Below, in pieces: positions 19,607 through 29,357 of a stretch of 47,942 nt of DNA (position 1 is the stretch's first letter; every line of letters starts with the position of its first letter). The stretch lies in the NCBI GenBank assembly GCA_046294875.1, contig JBKBNZ010000001.1, positions 1-47,942 on the forward strand, read 5' to 3'. This DNA comes from Aquificaceae bacterium. Lineage in GTDB: Bacteria > Aquificota > Aquificia > Aquificales > Aquificaceae. The translations under genes and the position numbers were made by a program. The notes under the pieces were generated by a model. It made no database searches. It saw only the letters and a program-made list of their open reading frames with translations, and had not been told where the DNA came from.

Positions 19607-21703
19607 TCACTCAGGGTAATGTTTTACCTTGTATATCACTATGTGGGGAAAATAGTCGTAGACAATATCAAAGTATCTTTTATCATATTTTCTGAGGAAA
19701 TACATATTCAAAAGCATACTCTCATCAAAGGGAGGCTTATAGAAAAGGATAGATACCCTTCCATCTTTGCGGCTTGTTATAAACACCGTATATCCTTGTG
19801 GATTTTTACTTATCTGTGATAGCTTAGAGGATTTTTCATCATAAAGGTAAATGTTCTTTATTTCTATTATGATATTATCAGTTCTTAAAAGTCCCTTGTT
19901 GAGGTCTATGGTTAGTTTGTAAGGAGCCTGGCACTCAAAAAGGTTGTCCTCTTTTAAAAGACAGACAGGCCTTATTATTTCTCCAAATGTTCCTTCCTTT
20001 TTCTTAAAATCGTAGCTTCCAAAGTAGTATATCCATCCAAACTTATTAATCATATCCCTTGTTATTACCCAATATACAGGCACTTCTATGGGCTTTGCAA
20101 AGTATCCTGTGGAAACTTTATTAACCACATCCTCCGCAGATAGGCCATCAGTCATAAGTTTGTAAAGGCCTGTAAGCCCATAGTTGATAACAAAGGAGGT
20201 TATAAGCCATCCTTCTCTTGGGTCTGAGGTGGAAAAGGATTTGGCAACGAAGTAGGTTTTTGGGCTTGCCTGTGATCCCCCATCATGTATGGTTGCCCTT
20301 CTTGAATAGTATTCAAAAACGTAACCATAATCCCACCAAGTCCAAATTACAGAGTTTGCAGGGGTGTTCTTTCTGATCCATTCCATGCCTTTGACTATGG
20401 GAGCATCAATTATTGGGCTGTAAAAACCCTTATTTACAAGGGTTTGCCCGTACAAAACCGTAAAGAAAAGCAGAGAGCCTACAACAGTGATGGCTAAACT
20501 TTGTTTGTGTTCTTCCTTGTACTGTCCAAGCTTTGGTAGAAGCTTTCCAAAAACAAAATATATGATATAGGCCAAGCCCATACCTACAAAGGGTGCAAGA
20601 TACATAGAGAACCTATTGCCAGAAGAGAAAGCCAAAAGGCCTATCCCAAAGAAAGGCAAAAGGAAAAGGGTATTTCTTAAAGAGAATATGAAAAATAAAA
20701 AAGCTCCGAAAAGCCCCAAAAGGCCAATTTCCTTACTTGCTATTATACCAGCAAACACTTGATTAAAAGAGAATCTTTGAAGCTCAGAGATGGATATAAA
20801 GATGTTGGGAAAATCCTTAAAGAGTATATCTATGGATGTAATAGGCTTTGTTTTAAAAACAAGCCATGAAACTTGTTCAAATAAATGTAAAGGTCCTACA
20901 TATATATACCAAATCTGTGGCAATAAGAGAATTGCCAAGAGGAAAAAACTATTTTCATCAAAAAGCTTTCCCTTTCTATATGCCTCCCAAAGAAACAAAA
21001 CAAAAAAAGTCAATAAAAGAACAAAGTTTAGATTAGCATGTCCGTACCAAAAATAGTAAAGCAGCAAAAACAAACTCGCCAAGCTTATCCATATATAAGG
21101 CTTTTTACCTTTTGGATCTTCTCTCCAACTTTCAAAAAACCTATAGAAAAAGTAAGCAATGAAAAAGGGAAGAGTAAGGTTAAGCATATCATGGTCTAAC
21201 CTTGCAAGATAACTTCTTGCTACGTATATGGGAGCAGAAACGGCCAAAAGACCACCCAATAGCCCTACAAAGGGGAGCCTTAGTCTGTTAAAGTACAAAA
21301 ACAGAGGTATGGCTGGGCTTACAGCTAATATGGGAACTAAGTAAAAGGCAAGCTGAGGAATACTTTTACCTGTTAAAGCATGAAGCCAAGAGAAAAGATA
21401 GCTGGGACCAGCTCCATACATGGAATAGGATGGGTAAAGCCTTTCCTTTTCCGATAATTTGGCGTTGATGTTATTGTCGGGGAAAAAGCGCAGAGGGTCT
21501 GGTTGTCCCTGCTTGAATTTACCCTCTCTTATTTCTTCTGCCATGCGTGTAAAGTAATAGGAATCTGCTTCCGTGTATAAGGGGTCTCCTTTGTAAAAGA
21601 ATATCTCTTCCCTCTCTTTCCACTTTGGGATGTCTTTATATCTAAGGTATACACCGAAAAGGAGGGTTAAAAGTAATAGAAGGTAAAGATATGCTGTTTT
21701 CAT
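19607..21703 (-). CDS. STT3/PglB/AglB-family oligosaccharyltransferase
   Basis: Multi-TM N-terminal half with EADSYY, DHD and ISISEL motifs. Soluble domain with WWDYG, HDGGSQ and MINKFGWI. Confidence 0.9.
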   Translation of the reverse strand: MKTAYLYLLLLLTLLFGVYLRYKDIPKWKEREEIFFYKGDPLYTEADSYYFTRMAEEIREGKFKQGQPDPLRFFPDNNINAKLSEKERLYPSYSMYGAGPSYLFSWLHALTGKSIPQLAFYLVPILAVSPAIPLFLYFNRLRLPFVGLLGGLLAVSAPIYVARSYLARLDHDMLNLTLPFFIAYFFYRFFESWREDPKGKKPYIWISLASLFLLLYYFWYGHANLNFVLLLTFFVLFLWEAYRKGKLFDENSFFLLAILLLPQIWYIYVGPLHLFEQVSWLVFKTKPITSIDILFKDFPNIFISISELQRFSFNQVFAGIIASKEIGLLGLFGAFLFFIFSLRNTLFLLPFFGIGLLAFSSGNRFSMYLAPFVGMGLAYIIYFVFGKLLPKLGQYKEEHKQSLAITVVGSLLFFTVLYGQTLVNKGFYSPIIDAPIVKGMEWIRKNTPANSVIWTWWDYGYVFEYYSRRATIHDGGSQASPKTYFVAKSFSTSDPREGWLITSFVINYGLTGLYKLMTDGLSAEDVVNKVSTGYFAKPIEVPVYWVITRDMINKFGWIYYFGSYDFKKKEGTFGEIIRPVCLLKEDNLFECQAPYKLTIDLNKGLLRTDNIIIEIKNIYLYDEKSSKLSQISKNPQGYTVFITSRKDGRVSILFYKPPFDESMLLNMYFLRKYDKRYFDIVYDYFPHIVIYKVKHYPE

Positions 21704-21749
21704 AGGCAGGTATTATAATACATGACAAAAGGCATGTTATAATCTTTCT

Positions 21750-22199
21750 ATGCTTGATGTAAGGGAAATTATGGAAATACTCCCCCATAGGTATCCTATC
21801 CTTCTGGTGGATAAGATCCTTGAGATGGAGGAGGGGAAAAGGATAGTGGGTGTAAAGAATGTTTCTGTAAATGAGCCCGTTTTTCAGGGACATTTTCCTA
21901 ATTTTCCTCTTATGCCAGGTGTTTATATCCTTGAAGCTATGGCTCAAGTTGGCGGCATATTAATGATAAAGTCCTTGGGTTTAGAGATAGGCAAGTATGC
22001 TATAGTCTTTGCAGGTATTGACGAGGCAAGGTTTAAAAGGCCTGTGTATCCGGGCGACCAGCTATTTATGGAGCTTGAGGTTATATCTCTTAAGAAAAGC
22101 CTTTCAAAGATGAAAGGAACGGCAAAAGTAGGAGGGGAGGTGGTTGCTTCGGCGATCCTTTATGCGGCAGCAAGGGAGCTAAAAGATTTAAAAAGGTAG
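21750..22199 (+). CDS. fabZ: 3-hydroxyacyl-ACP dehydratase
   Basis: [29 protein letters not shown]. Confidence 0.97.
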   Translation: MLDVREIMEILPHRYPILLVDKILEMEEGKRIVGVKNVSVNEPVFQGHFPNFPLMPGVYILEAMAQVGGILMIKSLGLEIGKYAIVFAGIDEARFKRPVYPGDQLFMELEVISLKKSLSKMKGTAKVGGEVVASAILYAAARELKDLKR

Positions 22200-22200
22200 A

Positions 22201-23274
22201 TTATTTAAGAATAAGATGCTTTAAAAAACTAAGCCACCCTTTCCAATAAAGCTCTTTGTAGCCCTTTTCTCCCAGCAAAACCTTATAGAAACTCCTAAGG
22301 GCATAATCCTTTCCCATCCTGTAGGCAACCCTTTGAAACCTATAGGCTATGTCCCCTATCTTCTTTGCTTTGTTTAGCTCCTCTATCAAAGGTTTTAGAA
22401 GTCTTCTGTAGGCTTTTATAGGCTCATTGGAATCTTCCAAAAGGGCCTGTGAAAGAATTCTTCCTGCCCATAGGGCGTAATAGATGCCTTCTCCTAAAAG
22501 GGGGTCTGTCATGCCTGCCGCATCGCCAAGGAGAACTATTCTGCCCCTTCCCAAAAAGGGCTCCTTATCTGGAAAGGGTATATGCCAGCCTTTGGGATGT
22601 TTATACTTTATGCCCTTTAAAAGGGAGTACTCTTTTAATATTTTTAAAAGGTTTTCTTCTCCTGTGGTGGTAACGCCCACGCTTATGCCTTCTCCGTGAG
22701 GAAAAACCCAAAGGTATCCCCTTTTTACCCAGCCTATCTCTATGAGCACTTCTTGCTTTAAGTCTCCTTCTGTGAAGAACTCAAGGCTTTTAAAGCCCTT
22801 TGGCTTATAGCCTAAAAGCCTTGCCACCTTTGAGTGGGCTCCATCGGCGCCTACGATAAAGTCTGCCATAAGCGTCCCTTTGGAGGTATAAACCTTGTAA
22901 GATTCCTTTTCCCTTTCAAAGCCAAAAAATTCCGCCTGCATTAGCTCTGTGCCCGCTTCCACAGATTTTTTTACCAAGAAATAGTCAAAGTCTTTTCTAT
23001 CCACTATGTAAGCCACTTCTTTCTCTGCAGGCACATGGTAATCTTCAAGACCTTTATAACCAAGCCTGCCACCCCTTATGGTGTTTAGAATAAGCCTCTC
23101 GTAGCCCTTCGGGAGAAGTTTTAAAGTCCTCGCCGATAGGCACCCCGCGCAAAGTTTAAACCTTGGCAAGGATTCCTTTTCTAAAAGAGCTACTTTAAAG
23201 CCAGCATTTGACAGGTGATAGCTTGCGCTGGCGCCGGCAGGACCACCCCCCACAACCACCGCTTGGTACTTCAA
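22201..23274 (-). CDS. geranylgeranyl reductase family FAD-dependent oxidoreductase
   Basis: VVGGGPAG, PRFKLCAG, GADGAHS, GYLWVFP, GDAAGMTDPLLGEGIYYA. TTG start. Confidence 0.9.
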   Translation of the reverse strand: MKYQAVVVGGGPAGASASYHLSNAGFKVALLEKESLPRFKLCAGCLSARTLKLLPKGYERLILNTIRGGRLGYKGLEDYHVPAEKEVAYIVDRKDFDYFLVKKSVEAGTELMQAEFFGFEREKESYKVYTSKGTLMADFIVGADGAHSKVARLLGYKPKGFKSLEFFTEGDLKQEVLIEIGWVKRGYLWVFPHGEGISVGVTTTGEENLLKILKEYSLLKGIKYKHPKGWHIPFPDKEPFLGRGRIVLLGDAAGMTDPLLGEGIYYALWAGRILSQALLEDSNEPIKAYRRLLKPLIEELNKAKKIGDIAYRFQRVAYRMGKDYALRSFYKVLLGEKGYKELYWKGWLSFLKHLILK

Positions 23275-23275
23275 C

Positions 23276-24199
23276 TTAAAACCTCAAAAGGCTAGCTCCC
23301 CAAGTTAGCCCCCCACCCATGGCGGTAAGGAGGATAAGGTCTCCCCTTTTTAGCCTTCCCTCTTGCTTGGCTTCGTAAAGAGCTATGGGTATAGAAGCTG
23401 CGCTGGTATTTCCATATTTGTGAATGTTAGAATAGACCTTTTCCATAGGTATGTTTAACTTTTCCGCCAAGGCTTGCATTATCCTTATGTTTGCCTGATG
23501 GGGAACTACAAGGTCTATATCTTCCATGGAAACTCCTGCTCTTTTTATAACCTCTTCGCAAACTTCTGCCATAGAGCGCACTGCCAACTTAAAAAGCTCT
23601 TTACCCTTCATTTTAAGGTATCCGCACCTTTCCGCATAAAGGATGTCCCAATAGTCACCATCAGACCTCATAACCGAAGCCAAAAGCTCACCCTCTCCTT
23701 CTGATAAAACTACCGCACCTGCACCATCTCCAAAAAGCACACAGGTAGCCCTGTCAGTCCAATCTACTATCTGGGATAGTTTTTCCGCACCCACAAGCAA
23801 TACCTTTTTTGCCTTGTTGGAAAGAAGCATGGAGCTTGCAATTTCAAGGCCATAAAGAAAACCACTACAGGCGGCGGATATATCAAAGGCAAAGGATCTA
23901 TGGCATCCAAGCCTTGCCTGTAAAAGACAAGCGCTTGCAGGAAAAGAAAGGTCTGGAGTTAAGGTGGCAAGGATTATAAGGTCGACCTCTTCGGGCTTTG
24001 TGTTTGACTCCTCAAGTGCCATCAAGCTTGCTTTGTATGCCATATCTACAAGGCTTTCTTCATTGGCTATCCTTCTTTCCTTTATGCCCGTACGCGTTGT
24101 GATCCATTCGTCGCTAGTATCCACCATTTTTTCAAGGTCAAAGTTGGTTAATACTTTTTGCGGCACATAATAGCCTATACCCTGTATACACACACCCAT
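23276..24199 (-). CDS. fabH: beta-ketoacyl-ACP synthase III
   Basis: DTSDEWITTRTGI, AACSGF, HQANIRI, GNTSAAS. Confidence 0.97.
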   Translation of the reverse strand: MGVCIQGIGYYVPQKVLTNFDLEKMVDTSDEWITTRTGIKERRIANEESLVDMAYKASLMALEESNTKPEEVDLIILATLTPDLSFPASACLLQARLGCHRSFAFDISAACSGFLYGLEIASSMLLSNKAKKVLLVGAEKLSQIVDWTDRATCVLFGDGAGAVVLSEGEGELLASVMRSDGDYWDILYAERCGYLKMKGKELFKLAVRSMAEVCEEVIKRAGVSMEDIDLVVPHQANIRIMQALAEKLNIPMEKVYSNIHKYGNTSAASIPIALYEAKQEGRLKRGDLILLTAMGGGLTWGASLLRF

Positions 24200-25206
24200 C
24201 AGGCCTTTACCTCTTGAGGGAAAAGCTTTTTAAGGTTTTCTGAAAGCCTTTCGTTAAAGTGATGAGTCAAAAATTCGTTAGCAACCCTGATAGCATTCTT
24301 TATAGCCTTTGCGTTTGCCCTCCCATGGGTTATTATGACAGGTTTTTTTGCTCCTAAAAGGGGTATGCCACCGTACTCGGCAAAGTCTGCCTTTTTCTTG
24401 AAATTGTTCAAAGCGGGCTTCATAAGTAAGGCACCTATCTTTGCCAAAAAGCTCTTTTGAACCTCCTCCTTTATCATTTGTATTACGGCAAAGCCAAGGC
24501 TTTCACTTGCCTTTAGTATAACATTACCCACAAAGCCGTCGCACACTATCACATCAAAGGTACCGGCGTATATATCTCTACCTTCTGCGTTACCTTTAAA
24601 ATTCAACCTGCTTGCCTTTAAAAGGGGATAGGTTTCTTTTACAAGCTCATTGCCCTTTCCTTCCTCCTCTCCTATGCTTAAGATACCTACCCTTGGGTTC
24701 TTTATGTTTAATATCTCCTCTGCGTAGGTATGCCCTATCACTGCAAAGTGTAAAAGATGCCTTGGCTTACAATCCACGTTTGCACCCACGTCAAGAAGCA
24801 CCGTTTTACCCTTTGGATTTGGAAGAGCGACGCCTATGGCAGGCCTTTCAAGCTCTTCAATGGAGCCTATGATAAACTTTCCCACTGTTAAGACTGCTCC
24901 TGTGTTGCCCGCAGAAACAAGGCCATCTGCCAAACCTTCCCTTACAAGCTTGCCAGCCAAGTACAAGGATGAGTTCTTTCTTTTAAGGACATTAGAGGGC
25001 GCCTCGTTCATCTGGATATTTTCCGGGGCGTGCACTATTTGCAACTCTTTATTGAAGCCTTCCCTCTTTAGTATATCCCTAATCTTCTTCTCATCACCTA
25101 CAAGAAGACTTTCAATCCCAAGCTCTTTATAAGCTAATATGCAACCTTTAACTATCTCTTCCGGGGCGTAATCGCCCCCCATACAATCTACCGCTATCCT
25201 TGTCAT
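24199..25206 (-). CDS. plsX: phosphate acyltransferase
   Basis: [33 protein letters not shown]. Start ATG 25206 overlaps the rpmF stop. Confidence 0.96.
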   Translation of the reverse strand: MTRIAVDCMGGDYAPEEIVKGCILAYKELGIESLLVGDEKKIRDILKREGFNKELQIVHAPENIQMNEAPSNVLKRKNSSLYLAGKLVREGLADGLVSAGNTGAVLTVGKFIIGSIEELERPAIGVALPNPKGKTVLLDVGANVDCKPRHLLHFAVIGHTYAEEILNIKNPRVGILSIGEEEGKGNELVKETYPLLKASRLNFKGNAEGRDIYAGTFDVIVCDGFVGNVILKASESLGFAVIQMIKEEVQKSFLAKIGALLMKPALNNFKKKADFAEYGGIPLLGAKKPVIITHGRANAKAIKNAIRVANEFLTHHFNERLSENLKKLFPQEVKA

Positions 25207-25388
25207 GAAGTTTTTATTACTTCTTTGCCCTTGTAATACCCACAGTAGGGACAAGCCCTATGAGGCATCATCAACTCTCCGCAGTTGGGACAAGTAGCCA
25301 AAGCTAAACTGCTTAGCTTAGAGAAGAAGTTTTGAGCTCTCCTTTGGTCTCTTCTCCACTTTGAAGTTTTCCTTTTTGGAACAGCCAT
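25203..25388 (-). CDS. rpmF: 50S ribosomal protein L32
   Basis: [15 protein letters not shown]...[10 protein letters not shown] zinc ribbon. SD GGAGG. Confidence 0.97.
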   Translation of the reverse strand: MAVPKRKTSKWRRDQRRAQNFFSKLSSLALATCPNCGELMMPHRACPYCGYYKGKEVIKTS

Positions 25389-25423
25389 ATCTATCGCCTC
25401 CACGCATTTATTAGGAATTTCTA

Positions 25424-25909
25424 TTATAGCATATTCGCCTTCTTAAGCAGGTCTCCAAGGGTTGTAGCCTTCTTCTCTATATTTTCCACTTCTCCCCTAC
25501 AATGGGGGCTACACAAGGGTTTGGTGGGTATGCTTAGGATTATCTGTTCCCTTAAAAGGTTTGTTAAATCAAAGGCCTCTTCATTCTCGTAAAAGGAAAC
25601 GTTCAGGTCGCCGGGCTTTAGATAGACCACATCCTTTGTGGGATAGGCTTCTATTCTTATGTTTTCCACCTTTCCTATGTCCTTGTTGTAAAGGGTCAGG
25701 CATCTACTACATTGTAAAACCACATAACCCTCTATCTCCATATGAACCATATAGCCACCCTTTTCCCTTGTTATCTCCACGTATAGATTTATAGGCTCCA
25801 CTATCTCTCCCAAGTCTGGTGGTAGTTTAATGTCTTCTGGCTTGAAGGTATAGCCTTGAGCAAACCTTTTCCTATTTTTGAATATTTCCTTTAGGTTTAA
25901 CACTACCAT
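25424..25909 (-). CDS. yceD: DUF177/YceD family protein
   Basis: CSRCL and P[11 protein letters not shown] motifs, upstream of rpmF. Confidence 0.9.
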   Translation of the reverse strand: MVVLNLKEIFKNRKRFAQGYTFKPEDIKLPPDLGEIVEPINLYVEITREKGGYMVHMEIEGYVVLQCSRCLTLYNKDIGKVENIRIEAYPTKDVVYLKPGDLNVSFYENEEAFDLTNLLREQIILSIPTKPLCSPHCRGEVENIEKKATTLGDLLKKANML

Positions 25910-25926
25910 AATGCTTTAAAATATAA

Positions 25927-26019
25927 GCCCTTGAGAAATTAAGGGCAGGAGTATTTTAGCCTATTAGGGAAAACAGGGTCGATGGATTGCTTGCCATATA
26001 CAATTTCTCGCACGGCGGA
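25927..26019. repeat. dispersed intergenic repeat, copy B (bounded by inverted GAGAAATT/AATTTCTC)
   Basis: GAGAAATT 25933-25940 and AATTTCTC 26002-26009. Shares two blocks with copy A. Confidence 0.45.
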
Positions 26020-26044
26020 CGAAGACTAAATTATCCTATCTAAG

Positions 26045-27172
26045 ATGGATTGGATGGAAAAGCTTTTAGAGGAGCTAAAGGTAAAAAGCTTATACAGAGA
26101 ACGGAGGCTAAGAGAGGATCTTTTAGACTTTTGTTCCAACGATTACTTGGCTCTAAAAGACCATCCGGAAGTGGTGGAAGAGGCTATAAGGGCTCTTAAA
26201 GAGATAGGTTTAGGTAGCGGTGCTTCTCAGCTGGTTTCTGGATACACCAAGTACCACATGGATTTAGAGGAAGCGCTGGCGGATTTTAAAGGTGTTCCCC
26301 GTTGTGTTCTCTTTGGTTCAGGCTATCTTGCCAACCTTTCCCTTGCTAACTTGGTGGGAGAAGAAGACCTTATCCTAAGTGATGAATTAAACCATGCAAG
26401 CTTAATAGATGGTTGTAGATTATCTAAAGCAAAGGTTTTTATTTTTAAACATAGGGATTACCAGCACTTGGAAGAGCTTTTAAAAAAGCATAGGAGAAAT
26501 TACAGAAGATGCCTTATAGTAAGCGACTCAGTTTTTAGCATGGATGGAGACATAGCCCATATACCCACTTTGAAAGGGCTTGCCAAGGCTTACGATTGCA
26601 TGCTTTACTTGGATGAAGCTCATGCTACGGGCGTTTTGGGACAAGAGGGGAGGGGAAGCTTGGAAGAATTTAAAGAAAATTGGGAAGATTATATGATAAT
26701 CATGGGTACTCTTTCAAAGGCTATCGGCTCTTATGGAGCCTTTGTATGCGGCTCAGAAGTGCTTTGTCAATACCTTGTCAACAAGGCAAGAAGCCTTATC
26801 TTTTCTACTTCTTTGCCACCACCTGTCTGTGCCGGTGCCAAAAGGGCCTTGGAGATCATCAAAGAAAATCCAAGCATGGTGGCCAAGCTAAGAGACTTAT
26901 CAAGGAAAATCTACGAAAAAATAGCCCGTATAGGGCTTGAGGTTTCCTTTCATGGCACTTCCATAATTCCCATAATGGTTTATCGGGAAGAGAGGGCTAT
27001 AAATATTAGAGAAAGGCTTTTGGAAAAGGGTATATTTTTACAGGCCATAAGGTATCCCACGGTGCCCCTTGGCAAAGCAAGGTTAAGATTAACAGCAAGC
27101 TTAAGGTACAAGCAAGAAGATATAGAGAGTCTTACTGAGGCGCTTAAGGAGGCTATTACATATACGGCCTGA
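26045..27172 (+). CDS. bioF: 8-amino-7-oxononanoate synthase
   Basis: FCSNDYL, GSGASQLVSG, SDELNHASLIDG, DEAHATG, GTLSKAIG, RYPTVP. Confidence 0.94.
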   Translation: MDWMEKLLEELKVKSLYRERRLREDLLDFCSNDYLALKDHPEVVEEAIRALKEIGLGSGASQLVSGYTKYHMDLEEALADFKGVPRCVLFGSGYLANLSLANLVGEEDLILSDELNHASLIDGCRLSKAKVFIFKHRDYQHLEELLKKHRRNYRRCLIVSDSVFSMDGDIAHIPTLKGLAKAYDCMLYLDEAHATGVLGQEGRGSLEEFKENWEDYMIIMGTLSKAIGSYGAFVCGSEVLCQYLVNKARSLIFSTSLPPPVCAGAKRALEIIKENPSMVAKLRDLSRKIYEKIARIGLEVSFHGTSIIPIMVYREERAINIRERLLEKGIFLQAIRYPTVPLGKARLRLTASLRYKQEDIESLTEALKEAITYTA

Positions 27173-27228
27173 GGTAAAGGTGGAAAAAGGCCTTAAATAA
27201 GCTTGGCTTGTGGCATAAATTTATATTT

Positions 27229-28170
27229 ATGATAGCTACCGAAAAATTGCCCTATTATTCATTAAAGGATTATCTGAAGGAAAGGTACGGTAGGCGTGTG
27301 CAAAAGATAACGGTAGCACTTCCTTTTACCTGCCCCAACATAGACGGTACAAAGGCTGTTGGTGGATGCACCTACTGTTTTTCTGGCACAAGGCCTGCTC
27401 ATTTGGAGCCCTATATACCCTTACGCCAGCAGATAGAAGAGGGCATAAGGAGGGCGAAAGACCGATATGGAAAGAATATTCTTTTTTTCATATACTACCA
27501 ATCTTATTCAAATACCTATGGAGATTATCAATTCCTAAGGTCTGTTTACCATACCGCCCTTGAGTTTGACGAGGTGGTAGGTATAGACGTGGGGACAAGG
27601 CCAGACTGTGCTCCCGAATGGGTCCTTGACCTGCTTGAAGACTACGTCCAAAGGGGCCTTGAGGTATGGATAGAGTATGGTCTTCAGAGCGCCAATTTTA
27701 AAACTTTGAGGTTTATAAACAGAGCTCATGGCGTATCCGATTTTGTGGACGCAGTCCTCAGGACAAAAAGGAGGAGCCTAAAAGTATGCGCTCATATAAT
27801 CCTTGGTTTGCCCTATGAGGACAAGGAAGATATGATAGAAACGGGTAAGCTTCTTGCAAGCCTGCCAATAGATGGTGTTAAAATCCATCCACTGCATATA
27901 ATAAAAAACACTAAAATGGCAGAGCAGTACCTTAGGGGAGAGTTTAGAGTCTTAAGCCTTGAAGAGTATGCAAGCCATGTGGCGGATATATTAGAGATAC
28001 TTCCAAGTAATATGGTTATACACCGATTGACAGGAGAAGTAGAGCCAGAAAGGCTTATAGCCCCCGAGTATTGTACCTATTCTAAAAAACAAGAGGTTTT
28101 AAAGGCTATAATAGAAGAGATGAAAAAAAGAGGAAGCTATCAAGGCTGTAAGGCACCTTTTAACCTATGA
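27229..28170 (+). CDS. radical SAM protein, TIGR01212/YhcC family
   Basis: FTCPNIDGT...GGCTYC, YQSYSNTY, GTRPDC, GLQSAN, HIILGLP, KIHPLH. Start set at ATG 27229. Confidence 0.92.
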   Translation: MIATEKLPYYSLKDYLKERYGRRVQKITVALPFTCPNIDGTKAVGGCTYCFSGTRPAHLEPYIPLRQQIEEGIRRAKDRYGKNILFFIYYQSYSNTYGDYQFLRSVYHTALEFDEVVGIDVGTRPDCAPEWVLDLLEDYVQRGLEVWIEYGLQSANFKTLRFINRAHGVSDFVDAVLRTKRRSLKVCAHIILGLPYEDKEDMIETGKLLASLPIDGVKIHPLHIIKNTKMAEQYLRGEFRVLSLEEYASHVADILEILPSNMVIHRLTGEVEPERLIAPEYCTYSKKQEVLKAIIEEMKKRGSYQGCKAPFNL

Positions 28171-29357
28171 AGAAACATCATTGGGCTCTGGTATCCCTTA
28201 GCATAAACCTTTTGCAGGCTTTCCTAAAGTTTGTGGGCGGTCTTTTAACGGGTAGCCTTTCTATGGTAGGTGAGGCGGTTCATTCCCTTTCCGACTCCTT
28301 TGCTTCCGTAGTTGCCTTTATTATCATAAAGCTGTCCGACAAGAGGGTGAAAAAATTTCCCTACGGTCTTTATAGGCTGGAAAACCTTGGTTCTATAATC
28401 ATAGCCTTTTTTCTTCTTTTAGCAGCCTATGAGATAGGCAAAAGGGCTTTCAGCAAGGAGGTAATTATAAAGGAAGAATATTTGGGCATTGGGTTGGCCG
28501 TGGTTATATTTTCCCTTTTTAGCTCTTTGAGCCTTTCCTTTCTTGAAAGGCGAGCGGGGAAAAAACTAAACTCTCCTACCTTGATAGCAGACTCTTATCA
28601 TACTCTTACAGATGCCTTCGGCTCTTCTTTGGTACTTCTTAGCTTTATAAGTGCCTATATGGGTTATCAGTTGGATAGGTACTTTGCTCTTGGGGTTGCC
28701 CTTCTTATAAGCTATACCGCTTTTCATATTCTCTGGAGAGAGGTTTCTGTGCTTCTTGACGTTTCTGCAGACGAGAAGACTCTTCAAAAGATCAGAGAGG
28801 TGCTTTTGTCCTTTCCCGAAGTAAGGGAGATTAAGGGACTTTTTGTAAGGGCTTCTGGTGGTAAGCTTTTTGCAGATGTGGTTTTAGCCTTGGAGGGTAG
28901 AGATTTTATAAGAATACACCAGCTGGTAGACCAAATAGAGGAAAGGCTAAAAGAAGAGATAAATAACCTTGATATGGTCTTTATCCATTACGAGCCAGTG
29001 GATGGAGGGGGTATAAGGGTGGGTGTCCTTTTAAACGAAAAGGGAGAAGTAAGCGAACGCTTTGAAGCTTCAAAGGAACTTCTTATCTTTGGACCGTCTC
29101 CTGAAAGGCTATATATACCGGAGGGAGAGGCTGCTTTGTCGGAGCTTGTAAGGGAAAAGGGACTTTCTGTGGTTGTTTGCGGCCATCATCCCATATCTTC
29201 CATCGCAAAAGGTATTCTTAGTCAGGCAAACGTCTTTGTGTGGGAGACAGAGGAAAAGAATCCTTACAAGGCCCTAAAGGAAGTGGTTTATAATCTATCT
29301 GATGTCAAAGATCCTAATAAAAAAGGTGAGGGTGATAGACCCCTCTCAAGGCCTTGA
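28167..29357 (+). CDS. cation diffusion facilitator with C-terminal NifB/NifX-like domain
   Basis: EAVHSLSD, FPYGLYRLE, ADSYHTLTD, dimerisation domain ending IHYEP, ~110-aa extra C-terminal domain. Confidence 0.88.
   Translation: MKKHHWALVSLSINLLQAFLKFVGGLLTGSLSMVGEAVHSLSDSFASVVAFIIIKLSDKRVKKFPYGLYRLENLGSIIIAFFLLLAAYEIGKRAFSKEVIIKEEYLGIGLAVVIFSLFSSLSLSFLERRAGKKLNSPTLIADSYHTLTDAFGSSLVLLSFISAYMGYQLDRYFALGVALLISYTAFHILWREVSVLLDVSADEKTLQKIREVLLSFPEVREIKGLFVRASGGKLFADVVLALEGRDFIRIHQLVDQIEERLKEEINNLDMVFIHYEPVDGGGIRVGVLLNEKGEVSERFEASKELLIFGPSPERLYIPEGEAALSELVREKGLSVVVCGHHPISSIAKGILSQANVFVWETEEKNPYKALKEVVYNLSDVKDPNKKGEGDRPLSRP

Noticed and set aside
19394-19819. 141-aa + strand ORF after ubiD
   Set aside because: Half of it overlaps the OST gene antisense, with no recognisable motif or SD
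27229-28170. Non-canonical C-x11-C-x2-C radical SAM next to bioF as a novel biotin enzyme
   Set aside because: The spacing is standard for the TIGR01212 family, and adjacency is weak evidence in a shuffled genome
28167-29357. CDF transporter with extra C-terminal domain
   Set aside because: CDF plus NifB/NifX-like domain is a known, widespread architecture
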